From an uncultured bacterium (lineage in GTDB: Bacteria > Desulfobacterota > Binatia > UBA1149 > CAITLU01), in assembly GCA_903893315.1 (NCBI GenBank), contig CAITLU010000011.1, forward strand, positions 20,157 through 84,156: a DNA stretch of 64,000 bases, read 5' to 3'. The notes under the pieces are model-generated. The model did not search any database. It saw only the letters and a list, made by a program, of their open reading frames with translations, and was not told the origin of the DNA. The translations under genes and the position numbers were made by a program. Positions 56,721 through 64,000 of the stretch are shown in pieces (the first letter of the stretch is position 1; each line of letters starts with the position of its first letter).

Positions 56721-57713
56721 TCAGGAGTCGGTCCGCCTGAAGGCGAGCGCCGACACGCCGTACCAGCGAACAAACGAACGGCAGAACGCGCTGGTCTGCG
56801 AATAGCCGAGCAGTTCGGCGATCTGCGTCACCGAAAGCGACGACTGCCGAAGGTACTTGGCCGCCAGATTGGCCCGGACCTTGTCCCGGATCGCGTCGAA
56901 GTTCGTCCCGCTCGCCACCAGGTAGCGCTGCAGCGTACGCGGCGACAACATCATGTGTCGCGCGACGACTTCGCGTGTAGGGACGGTGTACGGCATCAGC
57001 GCAGTGACGATGCTCTCGACGCGGGTCGCGCAGCTGTCCTTCACGCTCGACTGCTGGTTCATCAACAGCGCGACCAGGGTATGGCCGCGATGGCTGTTCG
57101 ACAGTGGCCGGTCTAGAACATCGCGCTGGACGGTGAAACCAGAAGTCTCCTGGTTGAAGAACACGTCGGGGCCGAAGATCCGGCGGTGGAGGCGCAGGTC
57201 GCGCGGCGGTCGATGGCGGAACTGCACGGCCGAAGGATGCCAGCGCGTCTCCAGCCGGCGCGCCAGTTCCTGGACTATCATGGCAACGCCCCATTCGACC
57301 GCCTGGCGGTCGTCGACACCGGCGTCGGCGGCGTGGGCATAGCTGAGCGCCAACCCCTCTGCGGTCGGCTGCAGCGTGACCGTGATCGCCGCGGTGTGGA
57401 GGAACATGTGCCGCTCCAGATCGCGAAGCATCTCGCGCACGGTGCTCGCGTCCTGCATCAGCACCCAGACCGGGCCGAGCATCGAAAGGTCGCGGCCTTC
57501 GGCCAGACGCAGTCCGAACGTCTCGCAACCGCAGACTTGCGCGGCCAGTTCCACGTAGCGCACCGCGTTCCCCACCTCGATCGGGGTCGAAGCGTCCTCG
57601 AAGAGCGCGACCGGGATGCCGGAGGCCTGCGCTATCGAAATCGGGTCGCGGCCGAATTCGCGGATCAGGTTGTCGGTACCGGCAAGCGGGAACCCTGGAA
57701 CGGCATTCTTCAT
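56721..57713 (-). CDS. AraC-family transcriptional regulator with an N-terminal ligand-binding (arabinose-binding-2-like) domain
   Basis: 330 aa. C-terminal double HTH (LSPRTLQRYLVASGTNFDAIRDKVRANLAAKYL ... VTQIAELLGYSQTSAFCRSFVRWYG). Confidence 0.85.
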   Translation of the reverse strand: MKNAVPGFPLAGTDNLIREFGRDPISIAQASGIPVALFEDASTPIEVGNAVRYVELAAQVCGCETFGLRLAEGRDLSMLGPVWVLMQDASTVREMLRDLERHMFLHTAAITVTLQPTAEGLALSYAHAADAGVDDRQAVEWGVAMIVQELARRLETRWHPSAVQFRHRPPRDLRLHRRIFGPDVFFNQETSGFTVQRDVLDRPLSNSHRGHTLVALLMNQQSSVKDSCATRVESIVTALMPYTVPTREVVARHMMLSPRTLQRYLVASGTNFDAIRDKVRANLAAKYLRQSSLSVTQIAELLGYSQTSAFCRSFVRWYGVSALAFRRTDS

Positions 57714-57868
57714 CAGCCTGGTTCAGCCATGGCCCCCGAAGTACATTTAATGGCTCAGGATGTAAATTTTCGTGCCGCGTCTTCGGCTACCCTGCGCCAC
57801 ACCGTGGACGCCGAGCGAGCCTGCAGCGGGCTCGGCCGAGTCCAAATGTCCTCGAACGGAGCAGAAAG

Positions 57869-59035
57869 ATGCCGGACCCGTCGCAACAGACGAACGAAAT
57901 GGCCTACCGCAACATCGCGCGAGCGGTCGATGCCGGACCGATGACCGCACCCAAGGCGGACGGGGATTCGTCGCCCGCGTTTCTGGCGTATCTGGCGCTG
58001 CTCTACACCCCCGAGGAAGCCGACATCGTCCAGCACCTGAAGATGCCAGTGGGATTGATGTCGAGTCTTGCCGACCTCAGCGAATCCATGCGCGACGCAG
58101 ACGACCTCGCACTGGCTTGCGGGAAGACAGCCGGGCAGGTGACCGAGGTCCTCGACGCTCTCGTGCAGACAGGACGCGTCATCGGACTGGCCGGCCATTA
58201 CGGTCTGCCGCCGTTGCCGGTGCTGGTGAACAACCACCAGTTCCGCGAACAGATCGAAGCGGGCGACACCGAAGCCGCCCGCCTCTACCAGCAGTTCTTC
58301 ATCGACGAGAAGTTCTACAGGTACTACCAGAGCTCGGAGATGGAAACCCAGGTGATGCGCGTGATTCCGGTCGAGCGCACGCTGCGTGCCGAGCAGAAGA
58401 TCCTCGACACCGAAGAAGCGCACAAGATAATCGACGCGGCCGCGATCCTGTCGCTGGTACCTTGTCCCTGCCGCACCCGCACCGAGAAGCTCGGCACCAG
58501 GGAGTGCAAGAACGAGACCCCGGTCGGCTTCTGCATCATGATGGACAACGCGGCGATGTACTTCCAGAGCACCGGGCGAGGCCGCCAGGTGGACGCCCCG
58601 GAGGCCAAGAAGTACTTCGACACGATGCAGGATCTGGGTCTGGTCGGCATCACCGATAACCACCAGGAGAGCGCGCGCAACATCGTCTGCCTATGTTGCC
58701 GTTGCTGCTGTTCGCAGGTCCGCGGCCGTACGCGCTGGGACCACCCGGAGGCGATCGCGCCGTCGAACTTCGTCGCCGAATCCTCGGACGACTGCCTGAT
58801 GTGCGCCAAGTGCGTCGAGCGCTGCGTGTTCGAAGCCATCGCGCTCGACGACGCGCAGTCGCGGGCGGTCGTCGATGCGGCCAGGTGCGTGGGCTGCGGC
58901 GTCTGTACGATCACCTGCGATCAGGAGGCGCTGCGACTAGTGCGGTTGGAACGGGAAACCCCGCTGCCGTCCGCGGACGCGTTGTCCAGGACGATCGCGA
59001 CCGAGAACCGTGGTGGTGGCGTCCAGGTGCGGTGA
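57869..59035 (+). CDS. Cys-rich iron-sulfur protein with a C-terminal 2x[4Fe-4S] ferredoxin domain
   Basis: 388 aa. CPCRTRTEKLGTRECKNETPVGFC, the poly-Cys run CLCCRCCC (nt 58688-58711), then CLMCAKCVERC and CVGCGVCTITC. GGAG lies upstream of ATG 57869. Confidence 0.75.
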   Translation: MPDPSQQTNEMAYRNIARAVDAGPMTAPKADGDSSPAFLAYLALLYTPEEADIVQHLKMPVGLMSSLADLSESMRDADDLALACGKTAGQVTEVLDALVQTGRVIGLAGHYGLPPLPVLVNNHQFREQIEAGDTEAARLYQQFFIDEKFYRYYQSSEMETQVMRVIPVERTLRAEQKILDTEEAHKIIDAAAILSLVPCPCRTRTEKLGTRECKNETPVGFCIMMDNAAMYFQSTGRGRQVDAPEAKKYFDTMQDLGLVGITDNHQESARNIVCLCCRCCCSQVRGRTRWDHPEAIAPSNFVAESSDDCLMCAKCVERCVFEAIALDDAQSRAVVDAARCVGCGVCTITCDQEALRLVRLERETPLPSADALSRTIATENRGGGVQVR

Positions 59036-59158
59036 TACGGCTCTGGCCGTCCGAGCGCCGGCTCGGGCGAACTGCCGGCGGCGTCCGGTAATTCCAGGCC
59101 GGCGGCCGGGCGCCGAACGCGTTCGAGGACTCGGTACGGCGCAGCTGCGGGTCGGGGA

Positions 59159-59647
59159 TTAGCAGGCGAGGCGTCGATAACCGCCGCGAAAGTACAGCAG
59201 CGGCGCCGCTTCGGCGCGGACCGCTTCGCCGTCGATCACTTCGCCGACGAAGATCGTGTGGTCGCCTCCGTTCAGGCGTTCCCTGACCCGGCACTCCAGC
59301 CAGGCCAGTGCGCCTTCCAGCAACGGACTGCCGCCCGGCCCATAGCGCCAGGCCGCTCCGCTCAGGCTGCCCTTCTCGGGCTCGCCGGGCCTTGCGAACA
59401 GTTCAGAGAGCCCGGCCTGATCGGCACCGAGGATGCTGACCCCGAAGCTCGCGCACTTTTCCATCTCGGAGTGAGCGTGGGCCTTCTTGTCGATGCAGAC
59501 CAGCAACAGCAGCGGGTCCAGCGAAAGCGACGTTACCGAGTTGGCCGTCACCCCGTGCAGCAAGCCGTCGTTGGCGGTGGTGACCACCGTTACCCCGGTG
59601 GCGAAGTTGCCGATGATCGTACGAAACAGGCCGGAGTCGATCGCCAC
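59159..59647 (-). CDS. flavin reductase family protein (FMN-binding split barrel)
   Basis: FRTIIGNFATGVTVVTT, VTANSVTSLSLDPLLLLVCI, and GDHTIFVGEV. The start is set at GTG 59647, because the longer ORF (to 59713) runs into the tRNA gene. Confidence 0.8.
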   Translation of the reverse strand: MAIDSGLFRTIIGNFATGVTVVTTANDGLLHGVTANSVTSLSLDPLLLLVCIDKKAHAHSEMEKCASFGVSILGADQAGLSELFARPGEPEKGSLSGAAWRYGPGGSPLLEGALAWLECRVRERLNGGDHTIFVGEVIDGEAVRAEAAPLLYFRGGYRRLAC

Positions 59648-59669
59648 ACGGGGCTCCGAAACGAGAGGA

Positions 59670-59756
<87 letters not shown>

Positions 59757-59769
59757 GTGAGGAGGGCGG

Positions 59770-59797
59770 ATCATAACGCAACCATTCTTGCTCGCAA
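59770..59797 (-). promoter_or_regulatory. candidate sigma-70 promoter of tRNA-Leu (TTGCGA-N16-TATGAT)
   Basis: Minus-strand TTGCGA at 59797-59792 and TATGAT at 59775-59770, 13 nt upstream of the mature tRNA 5' end. Confidence 0.4.
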
Positions 59798-59896
59798 GCG
59801 ACGCGAGTGTTCGAGATCCGGTGCTCGGGGAACCGCTCGGGCTGCGGCGGCTTTGGCAAGCGCGCTGCTGCACCGTATGATGCTCGCCTGACCAAA

Positions 59897-60535
59897 ATGG
59901 CGCGCGATTTCACCCGCACAATCATCAACGACGACCCTGATTCTGTTTCGGTATGGACGGGGGTCGTATTGATGGCCTCGACCGTCAGTGCCTTTGCGGT
60001 GCTTACGGTTTTTCTTGCCCACAACCACGCCTGGACCGACGCTCTCGTAAGCATGATTCCGGTTCCGGGAGCTGCCGAAAGTCTCGGCTCCGATCCGGTC
60101 CTGGCTGCGCAGATCCGCATCGTCGCCCCGGACGCCAAGCTCGTGCCTCTTGCGGACCGTACCAACGCGATCGTGGTGACCGCCGGGATCGTCAACGATT
60201 CGCCGGTTGCCGTGCGCGGCGTGGTGATGGAGGCCGAGGCCTTGCGCCGAGGCGCCGCAGTGACGCACGCCTGGGCGGCCTGCGGCAGAAACGTCTCGGA
60301 AAAACTCATCAAGAGGATGACGCGCGACGAGGTGCGCACGCTGATGCAGTTGCGTCCGTCACGCACGTTGGTGCTGGAGCCCGGCGACAAGGCCGATTGC
60401 CAGGTGGCGATCCTTTCGATTCGAGGAGAGGTGGAGGAGGTCAGCTACCGGATAGGTTCAGCGGAGCCTAACGACGCCCGCCCTTCGGAGGATCCTCGTC
60501 CTGGTCCTCAACCCGATCCGGGCCTCGAGGAGTGA
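59897..60535 (+). CDS. membrane-anchored hypothetical protein, DUF3426-like
   Basis: One TM segment ([22 protein letters not shown]), then a beta-rich domain ([25 protein letters not shown] ... [15 protein letters not shown]) and a Pro/Asp/Glu-rich tail. Start is ATG 59897 or GTG 59807. No clear SD sequence for either. Confidence 0.55.
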   Translation: MARDFTRTIINDDPDSVSVWTGVVLMASTVSAFAVLTVFLAHNHAWTDALVSMIPVPGAAESLGSDPVLAAQIRIVAPDAKLVPLADRTNAIVVTAGIVNDSPVAVRGVVMEAEALRRGAAVTHAWAACGRNVSEKLIKRMTRDEVRTLMQLRPSRTLVLEPGDKADCQVAILSIRGEVEEVSYRIGSAEPNDARPSEDPRPGPQPDPGLEE

Positions 60536-60680
60536 CATCGATCTCGTCCCTCTTAACCGCGCGGCGGAAGTTCTTGATGCTCCGCCCAAGGCCATCTCCC
60601 AGCTCGGGAAGTTTGCCCGCGCCGAAGATGATCAGGATGATCGCGAGAATGATGAGGAGTTCGCTTATTCCCAGGCCCAC
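60468..60680 (-). CDS. tatA: twin-arginine translocase subunit TatA/E
   Basis: 70 aa. [38 protein letters not shown] is a typical TatA TM segment plus amphipathic helix. GTG start. Confidence 0.85.
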   Translation of the reverse strand: MGLGISELLIILAIILIIFGAGKLPELGDGLGRSIKNFRRAVKRDEIDVTPRGPDRVEDQDEDPPKGGRR

Positions 60681-60789
60681 GGTGCGTGAACTTATAGGCC
60701 AAACCGGGCACGGCCGCTAGGCCTGCGCCGCCTTTGCTCCGACCGGTCCGTTCCCGAGGCGAACCGGCTCGGAACCCGCCCCGACAAAC

Positions 60790-62256
60790 TCAGGTACCCG
60801 CGACAGCGACAACCGCCGGCCGGCGCCAGGTGAGAACCGGATAGCGCGCCGCCCGCGTCTCGTCGAGACGCGCGAGAACGGTTTCGTGCGGGGCCTCTCT
60901 GACCTTGTCCGGATCGCTTTCGGCTTCGATCGCGATGGCCGTCATGGCCTCGACGAAGCGATCCATGGTCTCCAGACTTTCAGTCTCGGTCGGCTCGATC
61001 ATCAAAGCTCCCGACACGACCAACGGAAAGTAGATGGTCGGAGCGTGGAAGCCGTGATCGAGCAGACGCTTGGCGATGTCGAGAGTTCTGACGCCGAGCC
61101 GGTTCTGCAACTTGTCGGTCAGCACCACCTCGTGCATGCAGGGCCGCTGATAGGCGACCTGATAGCGCCCCTCCAGCCGGACCTTGAGGTAGTTGGCCGC
61201 CAGCACCGCCATCCGCGATGTCTCGGTCAGACCGTCACCGCCGCAGGCCAGCATGTACGAATAGGCGCGGACGAGGATGCCGAAGTTACCGTAGAAGGAC
61301 CTCACCTTGCCGATCGACGACGGGCAGTCGTTGTCCCAGGCCAGACGCCCGTCGCGCTCGACGATGCGCGGCCTCGGCAGGAACTTCTCGAGAAAGTCGC
61401 GCACCGCCACCGGCCCGGCTCCAGGTCCGCCGCCGCCGTGCGGCGTGGAGAAGGTCTTGTGCAGGTTGAACTGCAGGACGTCGGCGCCCATGTGCCCGGG
61501 CTTGGCCACGCCGAGCAGGGCGTTCATGTTGGCGCCGTCCATGTAGAGCAGAGCACCGGCCGCGTGAAGAATCGCCGCGATTTCCTCGATGTCTTCTTCA
61601 AAAAGGCCGAGCGTGCTCGGATTTGTCAGCATCAGCGCCGCCACGTCTTCATCGACAAGCGCGCGCACCGACGCCGCCGACAGCAGGCCACGCTCGTCAC
61701 ACGCCACCGAAACGCTGTCGTAGCCGCACAGCGTTGCGCTGGCGGGATTGGTGCCGTGAGCGCTCTCCGGAATCAGTACCTTGCGGCGCGCACGGCCCTG
61801 CGTCTCGTGCCAGGCACGGATCACCTTCATGCCGGTCAGTTCGCCCTGCGCGCCGGCCGCCGGCTGCAACGACACCGCGTCCAGGCCGCTGACCTCGCAG
61901 AGCCAGTGTTCGAGATCCCGCAGCAGCAGCAGCGCACCCTGAACGGTCTGTTCGGGAGCATAGGGATGCAGATCCGCAAAACCCGGCAGCGCCGCCGCCC
62001 GTTCGTTGACCGCTGGGTTGTACTTCATCGTGCACGACCCGAGCGGATAGAAGTTGGTGGCCACCGAATAGTTAAGCTGAGAAAGCCGCACGTAGTGGCG
62101 GATGACCTCGGGCTCGCTCACTTCGGGAAAATCTTCGAGATCATCGCGCAGCAGGCTCGCGTCCAGAGGCAGCGGACCGTCACCGCACGCGACGTCGATG
62201 CCGCTGCGGCCGCGGCTGCCCTTCTCGAAGATCGGCGCTTCCATCTCGCGCTTCAT
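60790..62256 (-). CDS. gcvPB: glycine dehydrogenase (decarboxylating) subunit 2
   Basis: 488 aa. PLP-Lys context FNLHKTFSTPHGGGGPGAGP. Confidence 0.95.
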   Translation of the reverse strand: MKREMEAPIFEKGSRGRSGIDVACGDGPLPLDASLLRDDLEDFPEVSEPEVIRHYVRLSQLNYSVATNFYPLGSCTMKYNPAVNERAAALPGFADLHPYAPEQTVQGALLLLRDLEHWLCEVSGLDAVSLQPAAGAQGELTGMKVIRAWHETQGRARRKVLIPESAHGTNPASATLCGYDSVSVACDERGLLSAASVRALVDEDVAALMLTNPSTLGLFEEDIEEIAAILHAAGALLYMDGANMNALLGVAKPGHMGADVLQFNLHKTFSTPHGGGGPGAGPVAVRDFLEKFLPRPRIVERDGRLAWDNDCPSSIGKVRSFYGNFGILVRAYSYMLACGGDGLTETSRMAVLAANYLKVRLEGRYQVAYQRPCMHEVVLTDKLQNRLGVRTLDIAKRLLDHGFHAPTIYFPLVVSGALMIEPTETESLETMDRFVEAMTAIAIEAESDPDKVREAPHETVLARLDETRAARYPVLTWRRPAVVAVAGT

Positions 62257-62302
62257 CGCGCCTCCGTGCGGGCAGTGTCGTGAAACTGTGAAAACGCCGG
62301 CG

Positions 62303-63658
62303 TCACGCCGCCGCCCTCGCCGTCAGCCGCTGCACCAACATGTCGATTTCGGCTTCGCTGGTGCATTCCGTGACCGCGACCAACAGACGGTTGCGATGTT
62401 CGCGGCGCTCGGGAAGCAGCGAAGCCACGCGCAGGCCCGGCACCAGGCCGCCGGCGACTGCACGCACGAACATCTGCTCACAGTCGGGAACCTCGACGCT
62501 GAACTCGTTGAAGAACGGCGCACTGAAAGACAGTTCGACTCCGGCCTCGCGGCGCAGACGCTCGGCAACACGGTGAGCGGCGCGCGTGTTCTCGACGGCA
62601 AGTTCGCGCAGTCCGCGGCGTCCGGCCAGACCCAGGAAAACGGTGGCGCACAAAGCTGCCAGACCTTGGTTGGTGCAGATGTTCGACGTGGCCTTGTCGC
62701 GGCGAATGTGTTGTTCGCGGGTTGCCAGCGTCAACACGTAGCCGCGCCTGCCGTCTTCGTCGACGGTTTCGCCGACCAGACGCCCGGGCATCTGCCGCAT
62801 GTACGCAGCGCGAGTCGCGAACAGTCCGAGGCCGGGGCCGCCGAACGACGTCGCGAGGCCGAAGCTCTGCCCTTCGGCGACCGCGATATCGACGCCGCAA
62901 GCGGCGGGAGTACGCAGCAGAGCGAGCGCCAATGCTTCGGTAGTGGCGCTGATCGACAGTGCACCGGCACGCTTGGCCAGACGCGAAGCACTCGCCAGAT
63001 CTTCGATGGCGCCGAAAAAGTTCGGGTAGCCGATCGCCACCGCTGCCACGTCGTCGCCGAGCAGCGCCTCCAGAGCACGCAGGTCGGTACGTCCGTCGGC
63101 GGCCAGCGGCACTTCGACGATTTCGCCGCGTCCGTAGCCGCACAGATAGGTGCGGGCGACTTCGATGTACTCGGGATGCAGACCGGCCGAAACCAGTAGA
63201 CGCGAACGATTCTTGACCACCCGCAGCGCCATCAGCAGCGCTTCGGCGAATGCCGACGCGCCGTCGTACATGCTGGCATTGGCAACTTCGAGACCGGTAA
63301 GGCGCGCAACGTAGGTCTGGAACTCGAAGGTAGCCTGCAAGGTCCCCTGGCTGACTTCGGGTTGGTAGGGCGTGTACGACGTCGCGAACTCCGAGCGCCC
63401 CATCACCAACGACACGGCGGACGGAACGTAATGACGATAGCAGCCGGCCCCGAGAAAGCTCGCCTGCACGTCGTTCATGGCCGCGAGCGCGCTCAGACGC
63501 TCGAGCACCTCGCGCTCTCCCAGTCCGGCCGGAAGATCGAGACTCGCGCGTGCACGCAAAGACGCGGGGACAGTAGGGAACAGCGCGTCGACGCTCGTGA
63601 CCCCCACCGCCTCGAGCATGCGGGCGACGTCGTCCCTGGTGTGGGGAATGAAACGCAC
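62303..63658 (-). CDS. gcvPA: glycine dehydrogenase (decarboxylating) subunit 1
   Basis: 451 aa. MRFIPHTRDDVARMLEAVGV and SYTPYQPEVSQGTLQ. Confidence 0.95.
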   Translation of the reverse strand: MRFIPHTRDDVARMLEAVGVTSVDALFPTVPASLRARASLDLPAGLGEREVLERLSALAAMNDVQASFLGAGCYRHYVPSAVSLVMGRSEFATSYTPYQPEVSQGTLQATFEFQTYVARLTGLEVANASMYDGASAFAEALLMALRVVKNRSRLLVSAGLHPEYIEVARTYLCGYGRGEIVEVPLAADGRTDLRALEALLGDDVAAVAIGYPNFFGAIEDLASASRLAKRAGALSISATTEALALALLRTPAACGVDIAVAEGQSFGLATSFGGPGLGLFATRAAYMRQMPGRLVGETVDEDGRRGYVLTLATREQHIRRDKATSNICTNQGLAALCATVFLGLAGRRGLRELAVENTRAAHRVAERLRREAGVELSFSAPFFNEFSVEVPDCEQMFVRAVAGGLVPGLRVASLLPERREHRNRLLVAVTECTSEAEIDMLVQRLTARAAA

Positions 63659-63672
63659 GAAGTCGCTGCCCC

Positions 63673-64000
63673 TCAGTCCGTGAGGCCTTCGATTAGTTCC
63701 TCGTACTCGTCGGAGTTCATCAACTCCTCGACGTCATCGACGTTCTTGGGCTCGAGGCGCACCAACCAGCCGTCGCCGTACGGATCTTCGTTGATCGCGT
63801 TGGGGTTGTCGGGAAGGTCGTCGTTGACTTCGAGAACCTTGCCGCTGATCGGAGAGTAGACGTCGGAAGCGGCCTTGACCGACTCGACGACCGCGAAAGC
63901 CTCGTCTTTGAGTACCACGGTCTCGTCATCCGGCTTGGGAAGCTCGACGAAGACTATGTCTCCGAGCTGTTCCTGCGCGAAATCGGTGATCCCGATCGTT
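63673..64000 (-). CDS. gcvH: glycine cleavage system protein H; the 5' end lies outside the window
   Basis: The frame is open to the window edge (...ITDFAQEQLGDIVFVELPKPDDETVVLKDEAFAVVESVKAASDVYSPISG...). Lipoyl-lysine motif ESVKA. Confidence 0.9.
   Translation of the reverse strand, partial: TIGITDFAQEQLGDIVFVELPKPDDETVVLKDEAFAVVESVKAASDVYSPISGKVLEVNDDLPDNPNAINEDPYGDGWLVRLEPKNVDDVEELMNSDEYEELIEGLTD

Noticed and set aside
57741-57780. An AT-rich patch in the AraC/Fe-S divergent spacer that looked like a palindrome (TACATTTAA ... ATGTAAATT) or a sigma-54 promoter (TGGCTC...).
   Set aside because: The second element is the complement, not the reverse complement, of the first, so it is not an inverted repeat. 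The GG-N10-GC spacing of sigma-54 promoters is not met. It probably contains the promoters, but I cannot define them.

Overview
This is a GC-rich bacterial chromosomal segment (by eye about two-thirds G+C, not computed) and is roughly 95% coding. I call 56 protein-coding genes, two of them cut by the window edges, plus one tRNA-Leu(CAG). 49 of the 56 CDS lie on the minus strand, and many are joined by 1-14 nt start/stop overlaps.

The content is overwhelmingly housekeeping and core metabolism:
- dnaB
- a split B12-dependent acyl-CoA mutase with a thiolase
- threonine genes (thrH, hom, thrC) interleaved with hbd-crt-acd and glpX
- lipA, hflKC and recG
- a complete pyrR-pyrB-pyrC-carA-carB operon behind a long structured leader
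- lepA-lepB
- a UDP-sugar module (ugd, UDP-glucuronate decarboxylase, epimerase, polyprenyl-phosphate GT2)
- a PfkB kinase, MTA phosphorylase, a lipid kinase, rlmN and ndk
- sucCD, mdh and kup
- an EF-G paralogue
- coaX-birA-nadC and valS
- one accessory-looking patch: VOC protein, transglutaminase-like protein, MFS, AraC regulator, Cys-rich Fe-S protein, flavin reductase and a DUF3426-like membrane protein
- tatA and gcvH-gcvPA-gcvPB

I saw no rRNA, CRISPR array, transposase, integrase, phage gene or recognisable defence/toxin gene. I do not find a discrete, obviously novel multi-gene system.

The best leads are:
1. The ~380-nt structured lepB-pyrR spacer, a possible PyrR attenuator plus an unexplained three-way-junction RNA.
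2. An acyl-CoA mutase carrying the isobutyryl-CoA-mutase signature, with a signal-peptide-less BtuF-like protein nearby and no MeaB chaperone.
3. An EF-G paralogue whose catalytic His is replaced by Gln.
4. The VOC/transglutaminase-like/MFS operon and the neighbouring AraC / poly-Cys Fe-S / flavin reductase genes.
5. An inverted pair of DnaA-box-like sites upstream of dnaB.

All functional calls come from motif recognition by eye on the supplied translations and sequence. No database search or folding program was run.
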